A stretch of 64,000 nucleotides of DNA from an uncultured Clostridium sp. GTDB lineage: Bacteria > Bacillota > Clostridia > TANB77 > CAG-508. The notes below the pieces were generated by a model. That model worked only from the letters and a program-made list of their open reading frames with translations, searched no databases and was not told where the DNA came from. This document shows positions 27,958 through 38,798 of the stretch, piece by piece. The stretch is taken from contig CAOKRC010000001.1 in the NCBI GenBank assembly GCA_948471035.1, positions 45,674-109,673 on the forward strand, written 5' to 3'. The translations under genes and the position numbers were made by a program. Each line of letters begins with the position of its first letter. The first letter of the stretch is position 1.

Positions 27958-29199
27958 TTATTCTACAGTATCGTCTTTAACATAGTATTTGGTTCCTAGC
28001 ATTTTATCTGGCAAATATTGTTGTTCTACAACGTGACCTGGATAATCGTGTGGATATTTATAACCTTCTCCATATCCAAATTGCTCCATTCCCTCACAAG
28101 GTGCATTTCTTATATGCATTGGAACTTCTCCTGTATCCATAGTTTGTACATCTTGTATTGCTTTATTAATACCTAAATATGTTGCATTAGATTTTTTAGA
28201 TTTTGCTACGTATACTGCCGCTTCACTTAAAATTATTCTTGCTTCTGGCATTCCAACCATATGTACAGCTTGCATTGCAGATGTTGCAACTACTAGTGCT
28301 TGTGGATTTGCCATTCCCACATCTTCAGCTGCTGCAATTACAATTCTTCTTGCAATAAACATTGGGTCTTCCCCTCCATTTAATGCACGTGCTAAATAGA
28401 ATATTGCAGCATCTGGGTCACTACCCCTCATTGATTTTATAAATGCACTTATATTATCATAATGGCTATCTCCATTTTTATCAAAGATAGCTTTTCTATT
28501 TTGTACACTATCTTTTGCTATTTCATTTGTTATATTAATAAATCCATCTTTATCTACTTTTGTTGTAAGAATTGCTACTTCTAATCCATTTAGTGCAGTT
28601 CTTACATCTCCATTTGATACTTCTGCAATTTTTCTTAATGTTTCATCTTCTATTTTTATATTAAAACTTTTTAATCCTTCTTCTCTTTCAAACGACATTT
28701 TTAATACTTTAAAAATATCATCTATTGTAAGTGGCTCTAGTTTAAACACCATAGACCTTGAAATTAAAGCTTTATTTACTTCAAAATATGGATTTTCTGT
28801 AGTTGCTCCAATTAATATTACCGTTCCATCTTCTACAAATGGTAAAAGTGCATCTTGTTGTAATTTATTAAACCTATGTATCTCATCTATAAATAAAATA
28901 CATTTTCTAGTAGGGTTTAAAAATACATTTTTTGCCTCTTCAACAACTTTTTTTATATCACTTACACCAGCTGTTACAGCATTAATTTTAGTAAATTTAT
29001 ATTTTGTGGTTTCACTTATTACCCTACCAAGTGAAGTTTTTCCACATCCTGGAGGCCCCCACAATATAATACTTGATAATCTATCTGCTTTAATTGTTCT
29101 ATATAAAATTTTATCTTTACCTAAAATATGCTCTTGCCCAACATATTCATCTAAATTCTTCGGTCTCATTCTATATGCTAGTGGTTTCGATAAATCCAT
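27958..29199 (-). CDS. rarA: Replication-associated recombination protein A (RarA/MgsA AAA+ ATPase)
   Basis: Walker A GPPGCGKTS, Walker B FIDEIHRFNK and the MgsA C-terminal domain. Confidence 0.9.
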   Translation of the reverse strand: MDLSKPLAYRMRPKNLDEYVGQEHILGKDKILYRTIKADRLSSIILWGPPGCGKTSLGRVISETTKYKFTKINAVTAGVSDIKKVVEEAKNVFLNPTRKCILFIDEIHRFNKLQQDALLPFVEDGTVILIGATTENPYFEVNKALISRSMVFKLEPLTIDDIFKVLKMSFEREEGLKSFNIKIEDETLRKIAEVSNGDVRTALNGLEVAILTTKVDKDGFINITNEIAKDSVQNRKAIFDKNGDSHYDNISAFIKSMRGSDPDAAIFYLARALNGGEDPMFIARRIVIAAAEDVGMANPQALVVATSAMQAVHMVGMPEARIILSEAAVYVAKSKKSNATYLGINKAIQDVQTMDTGEVPMHIRNAPCEGMEQFGYGEGYKYPHDYPGHVVEQQYLPDKMLGTKYYVKDDTVE

Positions 29200-29242
29200 A
29201 ATGAACTCCTCTCCTTTTCTTTTTTAAATATTATTTAATATT

Positions 29243-29839
29243 CTATCTTCCAAGTACAGCTAATCCTTTTCTAATTATATCTTCTAATGATAAATTATTT
29301 TTATCAATTTTTTCTAATGCTTTTTCTATTTCTCTTCTGTTATATCCTAGTACTTGTAATGCTGAAATTGCTTCTGTTACGTTGTTATCATCATTTATTG
29401 CTTCTTTTATTTCTATATTTTCTTCTCTTGCTTCTATTGTTTTTAGTTTATCTTTTAGTTCTAACACTATTCTTGCAGCTGATTTTGCTCCTATTCCTGG
29501 AATTTTTACTAGTTTTGATGTATCGTTTGTTATTACTGCTAGTGCAAAACTTGATGGTGTTATATTTGATAACATATTTATTGCTGATTTTGCCCCTATT
29601 CCACTTACTCCTAATAAAAGCTCAAACATTTTTAATTCTTCATTTGTTTTAAATCCATATATACTTATATCATCTTCTCTTACATGATAATGTGTATGTA
29701 CTTTTACTATATCACCAATATTTCCTAGCTCTTCCATTGATTTATCAGACATAAAAACTTTATAACCAAGTCCCCCTACATCTATTACAACATATCCTTC
29801 AAATTTCATTTCTAATGTTCCTTTGATATATGCAAGCAT
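29243..29839 (-). CDS. ruvA: Holliday junction helicase subunit RuvA
   Basis: 198 aa counted from the ATG after GGAGGAA. Contains MLAYIKGTLE...GLGYKV and the HhH pair LLGVSGIGAKSA / IPGIGAKSA. Confidence 0.9.
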   Translation of the reverse strand: MLAYIKGTLEMKFEGYVVIDVGGLGYKVFMSDKSMEELGNIGDIVKVHTHYHVREDDISIYGFKTNEELKMFELLLGVSGIGAKSAINMLSNITPSSFALAVITNDTSKLVKIPGIGAKSAARIVLELKDKLKTIEAREENIEIKEAINDDNNVTEAISALQVLGYNRREIEKALEKIDKNNLSLEDIIRKGLAVLGR

Positions 29840-30042
29840 TTTATATTCCTCCATTACAAACAAATTTTCTATATGTATTGTATAATAACAATCTATTTTT
29901 TGCAAGTAATATATCAAATTTTTTTATGATATTTATTAATACTTTAAGTAAATAATTTTACTTCTAGTATATATTTACTTATTTGTTTCTGTTAAATTAT
30001 ACCTATAAATGCTATATTTGCCAATGGAAAGGTGTGTTTAAT

Positions 30043-30366
30043 ATGGCAATAGATTATACTTTAATAGGTTCAAGGATTCATAAAGCAAGGAAAGATAAAA
30101 ATATGACTCAAGAAGTTTTAGCAGAAAAACTAGATGTCTCAGTAGCATTTTTAAGTAGAGTTGAACGTGGTAATACTGAAATTAGTTTGAAAAGAGTTTC
30201 TCAAATTTGTGAAATTCTTAATGTAACAGAAGGATATATTTTAAATGGTACATCTAGTACTTCAAAGAATTATTTAGATAATGATTTTTCAATTTTACTA
30301 AAAAATTGTCCTCCAGAAAAATTAAAAATAATATATGATGTGGCTTGCGTTATTGCAAACAGTTAA
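30043..30366 (+). CDS. XRE-family HTH protein
   Basis: HTH segment MTQEVLAEKLDVSVAFLSRVERG. Confidence 0.7.
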   Translation: MAIDYTLIGSRIHKARKDKNMTQEVLAEKLDVSVAFLSRVERGNTEISLKRVSQICEILNVTEGYILNGTSSTSKNYLDNDFSILLKNCPPEKLKIIYDVACVIANS

Positions 30367-30510
30367 AACTAGTTTTTTAATAAATAGAAGTAGGAATTTA
30401 CTTAAAATGTACCCTTTGTCAAGGACATTTATAAAAAAAGTGTATATTTTATGCGGTCTCTTTAAGAAGATGATTTCTGTACATTACAGGAGTCATCTTC
30501 TTTTAACTTT

Positions 30511-31203
30511 TTATTTATCTATTCCAAATATACACTTATTGTATAAAAACTGCTCTATTTTTTCACTATTATTGGTATCATAAAATTCTGTAAGCAATGT
30601 ATTAAATTCTTGTAAATCATCATCTTTAATAGTTAATATTCCTTTTCCACCATTAATCAATATCTTATTTGCAGTAATTATACTCGTTCTTTTATTTCCA
30701 TCCCAAAAAAGTTGCCCTCTCATTCCATATAACATATATGTTATAGCTCTTTTTGTTATACTCTCTATTGTTTTTATTTTACTAATATTGTTTATTACAT
30801 CTTCTTTTTTTGGAATTTCTGGTATATATTCTGTTCCAGATATTCCAACATTTCCTGTTCTTAATTTTCCCCATTCTAATGATTCATTTCTTGCTACAAA
30901 TGAATTTACTTTACATATAAAATCTAAATTGAATGGTTCCTCAATATTGTTTATAACATATCTCCATGCATCTCTTAAATTTAAAATGCAGTTTATATCA
31001 TCTAACTTTACATTCGCTACATTTACCCCATCTAAAATAGTTTGAGTTTCTGGAAATGTTACATTACAACCTTCTATTTTTGCATTACTATATATGTTGT
31101 TTACAATCATTTTTTTAGCTAAAAATACATTTTCTTCTTTGCTTAAATTATATTTATCTTCCACTACCATCAACTCCTCATAAAGTTTTCCCTTATTTTT
31201 CAT
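30511..31203 (-). CDS. Fic/Doc-family protein with a degenerate active-site motif
   Basis: QLFWDGNKRTSI occupies the place of HxFx(D/E)(G/A)N(G/K)RxxR, so the catalytic His is replaced by Gln. Start codon is uncertain (31203 or 31233). Confidence 0.55.
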   Translation of the reverse strand: MKNKGKLYEELMVVEDKYNLSKEENVFLAKKMIVNNIYSNAKIEGCNVTFPETQTILDGVNVANVKLDDINCILNLRDAWRYVINNIEEPFNLDFICKVNSFVARNESLEWGKLRTGNVGISGTEYIPEIPKKEDVINNISKIKTIESITKRAITYMLYGMRGQLFWDGNKRTSIITANKILINGGKGILTIKDDDLQEFNTLLTEFYDTNNSEKIEQFLYNKCIFGIDK

Positions 31204-31233
31204 AAATATATAATATTTTCTTGAAAAATACAA

Positions 31234-31782
31234 CTATTTAATATATTCTTCATAACATATTTTTAAGTTTTCTTTTGTAATAACTTTATCTATTCCATTT
31301 TCTGCTACTTGCTTAAGTATTGTGTCTTCAAATTTTTTTAATTTTTCGTTTAATAAAAAATCTTCTCTTACTTTTTTCCAATAATTTAATTGATATTCTT
31401 TTGTCCAATTTTTCCCTTGATAAACTATTCCTGCTGATATTTGGTCACATATCATTTCGCAAGCATATTTAAATGGCATTATTGGTAGTTTTTCAGGTGA
31501 ATTATTATCATACCAATATTCTGGGTGATGCTTATTTCTTCCTTTATGATGAAGCCAAACTTTTGAATACCCTCTTTCTTGTTTTTCAAGTTGTATTGGG
31601 CTTCTTTTTCCTTGATTAAAATATTTTACACTGTTTATAAATTCAGTCGGAGAGTATTTTGATAAGTCGTGAACTACTCCTCTCCATGGTATACCTGCTT
31701 TTGTACATAGTTTTAATACAATCCATTTATGATGCGTTATTACTATAAAATGCTTTACTGCATTTATTATTATGCTTTTCAT
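31234..31782 (-). CDS. Hypothetical protein (DUF5662-like by memory of the pattern)
   Basis: 182 aa containing HHKW...HDLSKYSPTEF. Confidence 0.35.
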   Translation of the reverse strand: MKSIIINAVKHFIVITHHKWIVLKLCTKAGIPWRGVVHDLSKYSPTEFINSVKYFNQGKRSPIQLEKQERGYSKVWLHHKGRNKHHPEYWYDNNSPEKLPIMPFKYACEMICDQISAGIVYQGKNWTKEYQLNYWKKVREDFLLNEKLKKFEDTILKQVAENGIDKVITKENLKICYEEYIK

Positions 31783-31836
31783 AAACTTCCTCCTAAATTT
31801 AATACCTTATATATCTCAAGGTTATATATACTGTAA

Positions 31837-32382
31837 CTATTGCTTGTTCTTTACCTGTTTTAAATCTTGCCAAAATTCTATTTTTTTAGAATCGTCTCTA
31901 AGTAATGCCGCTGGATGCCATGTTGGCATATATAAAATACCTTTTTTCTCTATCCATTTTCCTCGTGATGCTGTAATTCCATATTCTTTTCCTAAAATAT
32001 TTTTTAGTGCTACACTTCCTAAAAGTACTATTATTTTAGGTTTTACTAACATTACTTGATTTCTTAAATAATCTAAACAACTTTCAGCTTCATCATCTTC
32101 TGGATTTCTATTTGAAGGTGGTCTACATTTAACTATATTTGCAATATATACCTCTTCTCTATTTATTCCTATTCCATCAAATGCCATATTCATAAGCTTT
32201 CCTGCTTTTCCTACGAAAGGAATTCCTTCTCTATCTTCGTCTGCTCCTGGGCCTTCACCAATGAACATTATTCTAGCATTTTTATTCCCAGTCCCAAAAA
32301 CAATATTATTTCTATTATTGCATAACTTACATTTTTTACATCCAACTATTGATGCTTCTAATTCTTCCCATGTTTCAAACAT
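31837..32382 (-). CDS. Uracil-DNA glycosylase, family 4
   Basis: CxxCxL Fe-S cysteines, GEGPGADEDREGIPFVGKAGKLM and HPAALLR. Confidence 0.85.
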   Translation of the reverse strand: MFETWEELEASIVGCKKCKLCNNRNNIVFGTGNKNARIMFIGEGPGADEDREGIPFVGKAGKLMNMAFDGIGINREEVYIANIVKCRPPSNRNPEDDEAESCLDYLRNQVMLVKPKIIVLLGSVALKNILGKEYGITASRGKWIEKKGILYMPTWHPAALLRDDSKKIEFWQDLKQVKNKQ

Positions 32383-33019
32383 TTTCTTCTCCTATTATTT
32401 CCTTTAATTCTTTTATTATCTTATCTTTTGCAATATTTATAAATTCATATATTTCTTCCATTGTAAATATTTTTAATTCGCTATTTTGTACCTTTTCAAA
32501 ATGTTCTTTCATTACTTTATAAATATCATTTGTTTGCATATTATACATTTCTTTTAAACTACCGTCATATTTGCATTGTTTAATAAAATCTATATTTATA
32601 TCATAGTTTTTTATGATTTCTTGATTCATTGTATCATAATCTTCATATATTATTTCTCTTTTATCCTCTACTAAGCCATTTTTAGTTTTTATATATACCT
32701 TATCTCCAATCTTTTGTTTATGCTTTTCTACAAACATCTTTATCCATAATAAGTCTGTATAAAGGTGCGAATATATACCTAATTCTGTACTCTCTAGCTT
32801 TAGAATATCTTTCAATTTTTCTATATCTGGAACATTAAATTCTATATCATTAATGATCGATTTTCTTTCAAAATGTGTTATTTTTCTTCTATCATTATGG
32901 TTATTTTTAATATTCGAAAAATCAGGCAATATATTACCATATAAAAATTTTTCTTTTTCTAAATTTAATTCTTTTAGTATTTCTTTTGCTACACATAAAT
33001 GAATTATAGATGATGACAT
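32375..33019 (-). CDS. Hypothetical protein
   Basis: 214-aa ORF overlapping the udg start by 8 nt. No confident family assignment. Confidence 0.35.
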   Translation of the reverse strand: MSSSIIHLCVAKEILKELNLEKEKFLYGNILPDFSNIKNNHNDRRKITHFERKSIINDIEFNVPDIEKLKDILKLESTELGIYSHLYTDLLWIKMFVEKHKQKIGDKVYIKTKNGLVEDKREIIYEDYDTMNQEIIKNYDINIDFIKQCKYDGSLKEMYNMQTNDIYKVMKEHFEKVQNSELKIFTMEEIYEFINIAKDKIIKELKEIIGEENV

Positions 33020-33044
33020 ATCTCTTTCCCTTCAAATTTTATAT

Positions 33045-34055
33045 TTATTTAAAGTATGTTTCTACTTTTCCTTTTCCATTTTTTGATGTAATTTTTAAAA
33101 TTGCCCCATTAACCATTGCAAGTTGTGGTGGAATGTGTCCTATATCCGCTTCTGTAATAACCTGTATATTTAAATCTCCTATTGCATCTAATATTGCTTG
33201 ATTTGATGTTATTTCATAGTCTTCTCTCATAATAAAAGGTCTTCCAAAAATTATTCCATTACAATATTTAAAATATCCTGCATTTTTCATTTTCCAAAGA
33301 ATTCTTTGGAACTGTGGTGTATTCATTTCAAAACATTCTAAAAACCATAAGATTCCATCATTTTTATATTTTTCTATATAATCTGCTACTACATCATATT
33401 TTGTTCCTATTAAAGTATCTATGCAATCTAGGCATCCGCCTAAAGCTCTTCCTGTAATTACGATTTCTTTTTCACCTTTTAAATTATTCCATTTTGTATC
33501 TTTAGTTAAATTATATGTATAATCTTCGTTATCTTCTTTTCCATCTGCATGCTTTTCAAAAGAGTTTTGTATAAAACCTTCTCCTGACATAATTTTAAAA
33601 CTATCTTCTAAATTTCTATATAGTGGCTTCATTGCATAATCTTTTACTGCATCACAATACACGCATGGTATGTCACAAATAGTGTTAAGTAAGAAGCTTA
33701 TTGTTGTAATATCAGAAAATCCTTGTGTCCATTTTGGTGGAAATTTTTTTATTTCATCAAAATCTATTTCATCTAGCATTTCCATTAAGAAATCTCCGCC
33801 ACCAGCGTATAGAATTAATTTCACTTCGTCATTTTTCCAAAGCTCCATAAATTCTTCTGCTCTTTTTTTAGCGTCTGCACTTCTTCCTCTTATACTTTTT
33901 CTCACACTTTCACTTTCTATTACTTTATAACCCATTTGCTCTAAATTTTTAATTGCGGTTTCTAATTTTTCTATTTTCTCTGGTTTACTTATTCCATCAG
34001 ATGGTGCACATATTCCTATAGTATCTCCTATTTTTAAATTTTCTGGATAATTCAT
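33045..34055 (-). CDS. LD-carboxypeptidase (peptidase S66, MccF-like)
   Basis: 336 aa containing GDTIGICAPS, GFSDIT and EADIGHIPP. Confidence 0.8.
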   Translation of the reverse strand: MNYPENLKIGDTIGICAPSDGISKPEKIEKLETAIKNLEQMGYKVIESESVRKSIRGRSADAKKRAEEFMELWKNDEVKLILYAGGGDFLMEMLDEIDFDEIKKFPPKWTQGFSDITTISFLLNTICDIPCVYCDAVKDYAMKPLYRNLEDSFKIMSGEGFIQNSFEKHADGKEDNEDYTYNLTKDTKWNNLKGEKEIVITGRALGGCLDCIDTLIGTKYDVVADYIEKYKNDGILWFLECFEMNTPQFQRILWKMKNAGYFKYCNGIIFGRPFIMREDYEITSNQAILDAIGDLNIQVITEADIGHIPPQLAMVNGAILKITSKNGKGKVETYFK

Positions 34056-34077
34056 AATATCTCCTTGTAATAATTTA

Positions 34078-34893
34078 TTATTTTAAAGCAATAATTTCTG
34101 TATTTCTTCCAGCTAGTTCTTTATCCACTCTATATGAATGCATAAAGTTAGAATTGCATACTGTACAAATTTTACTGTCTATTATGTTTTCTTTTTTTAA
34201 TCCCGCTTCTTGTAATATCCTCTTATTTATTAAAACAGTGTCTATATAATATTTCTCACCTTCTTTAGTTATTATATCATTTATATTACTTAAATAAGAA
34301 AATTCTTTATAAAATAACTCTTGTACATCACTTTTTACTTCAAAATGGCATTTTCTTATTGTTGGACCTATTGCACAAATAATATCATTAGGATTAGAAT
34401 TATATTCTTCTATCATTTTTAAAACTGCTATTTTACCAATTTTTTGTAATGTTCCTTTCCAACCAGAATGTATATTTCCTATAACTTTTTTTACTGGATC
34501 ATATAAGAAAAGTGGTGTACAGTCGGCATACCCAAGTGACAACGTAACATTTGGTTTATCTGTAATTAGTCCATCTACATCCCAATATTCCTTAGGAAAT
34601 ATCTGTATTTTACTTGGTATTTCATCTACCCTTTTTACTATATTTGTATGTGTTTGATATGGTCTTATAATATGATTATAGTCTATTTCTAATGTTGTAG
34701 CAAGTTTTTTATAATTATCTAACACTACCTCTTTTCTATTTTCCATAGTGTCATTTCCAGCCACATCAAAATTATCAATATTTAAAGTATAGCAATGTAC
34801 AAGTTCTGGATATTCTAATAGTCTTCTAAACTGCAAATATTCTATATTATTCTTTTTAATATGTACTACTACATCATTAGTTAAATCTTGCAT
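34078..34893 (-). CDS. pgeF: Peptidoglycan editing factor PgeF (YfiH/DUF152 family)
   Basis: Contains QTHTN, ADCTPL, HSGWKGT and CTVC...FxSYR. Confidence 0.85.
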   Translation of the reverse strand: MQDLTNDVVVHIKKNNIEYLQFRRLLEYPELVHCYTLNIDNFDVAGNDTMENRKEVVLDNYKKLATTLEIDYNHIIRPYQTHTNIVKRVDEIPSKIQIFPKEYWDVDGLITDKPNVTLSLGYADCTPLFLYDPVKKVIGNIHSGWKGTLQKIGKIAVLKMIEEYNSNPNDIICAIGPTIRKCHFEVKSDVQELFYKEFSYLSNINDIITKEGEKYYIDTVLINKRILQEAGLKKENIIDSKICTVCNSNFMHSYRVDKELAGRNTEIIALK

Positions 34894-34938
34894 TAAATAT
34901 CTCCTTTAAAATTTATAAAGTTATTACTTTTTTATTTG

Positions 34939-35053
34939 TATGGCAATCGCTTAAAAAATTTTTATCTTAGAAAAATCAAGGTTTTAAATTTTTACTAAAA
35001 AAATAAGAATTGAGTATTTTCAATATGTAGAAGTTTTTTAAGCAATTGCCATA
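34939..35053. repeat. Inverted repeat (20-bp arms, about 75-nt spacer)
   Basis: TATGGCAATCGCTTAAAAAA pairs with TTTTTTAAGCAATTGCCATA, with one mismatch. It lies immediately upstream of the sRNA promoter. Confidence 0.6.
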
Positions 35054-35059
35054 TTTTAT

Positions 35060-35088
35060 TTGACAAAAATTAAAAATCAATATATAAT
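35060..35088 (+). promoter_or_regulatory. Consensus sigmaA promoter of an sRNA
   Basis: TTGACA, a 17-nt spacer, then TATAAT. No protein gene lies downstream on this strand. Confidence 0.7.
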
Positions 35089-35094
35089 ATAGAT

Positions 35095-35190
35095 AGAAAA
35101 TGAGAACCGCAGATGCTGTGGTTACCACTTATATAAAGTAATAACGGCACATTCCCTTGGTCAAAAGTAGAATGTGTCGTTATTTTTATT
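35095..35190 (+). ncRNA. Candidate antisense sRNA (type I antitoxin)
   Basis: About 95 nt from the perfect promoter to the terminator at 35140-35190 (AATAACGGCACATTC / GAATGTGTCGTTATT plus a T-run). Its 3' end overlaps the convergent small toxin-like gene. Internal GGUUACCAC is complementary to the toxin SD region AGGUGGUG. Confidence 0.55.
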
Positions 35191-35299
35191 CCTTATTTAT
35201 AGTTTTATTTACATATTGTATGTATATAACTGCTAATAAGGCTACGTTTATGGTTAATGATACCATTAATATATATATTAAAAATATTATAAAACTCAT
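35186..35299 (-). CDS. Candidate type I toxin, 37-aa hydrophobic peptide
   Basis: RBS GTGAGGTGGTG then ATG. Sequence MSFIIFLIYILMVSLTINVALLAVIYIQYVNKTINKE: one TM segment plus a polar tail. Not in the ORF track. Confidence 0.55.
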   Translation of the reverse strand: MSFIIFLIYILMVSLTINVALLAVIYIQYVNKTINKE

Positions 35300-35438
35300 A
35301 AACACCACCTCACTTTCTCATAGCCAAAGCTATGTAGTAAAGTGGCAGCACATATCTACTATCTCATTTCCTATTACTTCATACTATATAATACTTTTTA
35401 CAAAAAAACAAGTGTATGGGAACAAATTTTTTATTTTA

Positions 35439-38400
35439 TTAGTTACTCTCTTTAATCATTTCAAGTATTACCTCTTTCTCTAAATTAGGCACATAGTTAT
35501 ATTCATTCTTTGAACTATCAAAATTACAAATAGACTTATATTCACAATATTCACAAGGAGTTTTTTTCTTTTTAGTATTATAAGATGGTAATATATCTAT
35601 ATTTCCACTTAAAATTTCACTTGCAATTTCTTTAATTAATTTATTAGTATATTTTTGCAAATATTTAAATTGTTCTTTACTTACACAGCTTGATCTTGTA
35701 TTACTTAAGTTATCATTCTTATCAATATATGCAGGAATAATATTAGATGCTCCTTTATCTAAGTTTTTATCCATCATTCTAACCACATTAATATCTGCTA
35801 GAATTAATCCTTGCATTTTAAATTGTTTCTTAAGCTCTAGTTCTAGTTCTTCATCAGTCATATTCTTATCTGCCTTAATTATTGGATCAATTAAGTTAAA
35901 ATATAATACTCCTGCTGGAATTACATCTTCTATTTTGCAAGCAGCATCAAGATATGTAAGTAATTGAATTTGAAGTCCACAGGCAAATTCATTTAAATCT
36001 ATATTCTTTATACTAGATTTATAATCTATAATACGAATATATTTTCCATCCTTATTTTTTGCTAAGTCTATTCTATCAATTTTACCTGTAATTTCAACTT
36101 TTTTACCATCTTCTAGTTCAATTATCATTGGATTATATTTCTTACCATTTTTAAACTCTACTTCATTTCCAAATATCTCAAAATCACTGTCTGTTATAGT
36201 TTGTATAATATACTTCATTGATTTTAAAATCACATTTTTTAATCTTTTAGTTAGAATTCTATATTTGGCTGTGCCAGTAAATATATAGTTCCTATTTAAT
36301 GTTAATTTTTCATTAATTATGCTTGAAACTATTTCCATAATTTGTTCATCTGTTATATTTTTAAGCAAAATATCCCTTGATATTACCTGTTCAAAAAATT
36401 CATCGATTACATCATGCATAAATGTTCCAGTGTCTAAGCTTTCTATCTTAAATAAGCTTTTATCAGTTATTCCTAATCCATATTTTAAATAATATGAAAA
36501 TGCACATCTTTTATACTGTTCAAGTCTTGAAATGCTAGTATTTAAAACGTTTTTATAAAGTTTATCAATGTTTTCCTTGCTTAAATTTTCTGGTTTGTTT
36601 GTATAATTTAATCCTAATATTGCATTATTTAATTTTTCCTTATATTCTTCATCATTTTTATAAATATTGTAAATATCACACCATACATCATCTATTTCTT
36701 CTTTATCTTGATATTTTCTAATGTTTTCTAACAAATCTTCAAAAGTAGCTTTTTTATTAGTTATAATAGATGCTGAATTTACTATATCGCTTTTTTCTTT
36801 TAACTCAGTAAATATCTTTTTTATTTTAGATATAAGCATAGCTGGTCTTAGAGATTTCCCTAAATTATCGCTAGATGCATATGATAGATATAGTTTTTCC
36901 TCTGGTACTAATAAGGCTTTATAAATATTAAAGTTCTCTTCAAATAACAAATCTTTAGAGCCTTTTGCAAGTTCTATTCCATTTTTCTTTAAGTATTCTC
37001 TATCACTATCATTTAAAAATCCTTCATCCTTATTTAACTTAGGAAAAACTCCATCATTTAAACCTATTATAAATGCTATTTTTACCTTATGGGTTCTAGA
37101 CCTGTCTACATCTCCAACTATAACTTGGTCTAATGTAGCAGGAATGCTACCTAACCCACTATTTTGTAATCCTATTTTTAATACTTTAACATATTCTTCA
37201 AAAGAAATTTTATCTGTATTTAATACTAAAACAACTTCATCTAATACATTTATTAGAGTATTCCAACTTGTTTTATATGAATTTGCTAAATCTATATCTC
37301 CTTTTTGCTCTAATAAGTTTGCCTTAGTAATTAGTGCTTCATCTATTTTATTTTCTATTAAAAATTCATATAGCTTTTCTGTTATTTCTTTTGCATTTTT
37401 CATTCTATTTAGATTATCTTTAAATTTAAGTAATGGCTCTACTATTTTTTCTCTTAAATTATTAAGATATTCTAATTCTTCGTTATCTTTAGCTATTTTC
37501 CATGGTTCTTTATACCATTTACTTCCTCTCACTCCATATTTTATAGCATAATTTTCTAGCATAAAAATATCATATGCTTCTATCCCAGAAAATCCTGTTT
37601 TTAAGTAGTTAAATACTGCTTCATATGACCAATTTTTAGCAAATACTTCTATAACTGATAATACATACTTTATTAATATGTTTTCACTTAAATCCTTTTT
37701 TTCATCTATGTAAACAGGTATATCATACTTATTGAATATTGCTTTAATAATTTTAGAATATGTATCCATTGTTTTTGTAATAACAGATATTTCTTTATAT
37801 CTTAATCCTTCATCTCTAACAAGCTTTACAATTTCTTTTGCTATGTTTTCTATTTCTGTAAATTGATTTTTTGCTAAAAATAGTTCTATATTTTTTACAT
37901 CATTATTATATTTTTCATATTTCGTGTTGTATAAGTTTTTCTCTAAATGTTGTAATTCTAAAGTTTTATATTTTTTTGTTTCAATACATTCTACTGCTTT
38001 TTCTATATTTATTTTTTCTTCTTTTGCAATATTAATTAGTTTTTGCAAAGTTTCTTTGTTAGCTATAAATAAATCCTGTTCATTATTCATAGAATTCTCT
38101 AATGTATCTATACAAACTGTAATGTTTACCTGTTTTGCCTCTTTTAGAAGTTTTCTGATAATATCATATTCTTGTTTTGTGTATCCTACAAATTCGTCTA
38201 TGTAAATAATTGAATTTTTAAACATATTTGTTTTATCTAGATTGTTTGCAAGTATAGTTAATGTATCTTCCTCATCTATATATTTAGAAGCTATTTCTTC
38301 TTCATATTGATTATACATAATGTACATATCATTTAGTTTTAGCTTTAAATATTCATTTTTTGTATTATCTATTATATTTTTTAATTGTTCTTTTGTTATT

Positions 38401-38784
38401 CCATGTTTTTTAAATTCTCTAATTCCGTGTTGATATTATATTTACATTTTCATCTGATTTATTTAAAAATTTTAGTTCATCTTTCTTTTTAGCTAATATG
38501 CTATATATAAGCATTGCTTTTCCAGATTTTGAAAGGTTTGTTTCTAAAATTCCGCCAGTCTCGTTTGCCACTCTATAAGCCATACGATTAAATGTTATAA
38601 CTTCAGCACTTATAACAGCATCTTGTTTGATGCTGTTTAATAGTTTTTGTTCTGAAGTGAAGGAGAATTGCTCTGGTGTGATTATATATATTTTGTCTTC
38701 TTTATCTATCCTATAACTTATTTCATTAAAACAGAACTGACTTTTACCTGTTCCTGCTCGTCCATAAATTAATCGTAAGCTCAT
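35439..38784 (-). CDS. addB: Helicase-nuclease AddB (needs a +1 frame change at CGG 38425-38427)
   Basis: Walker A GRAGTGKS at the N-terminus and a C-terminal nuclease with Fe-S cysteines (CAFSYY...CEYCEYKSIC). ACA C GGA joins ORF 38419..38784 to ORF 35439..38327, giving 1114 aa. Confidence 0.85.
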
Positions 38785-38798
38785 TTGATTTTCCTTTC

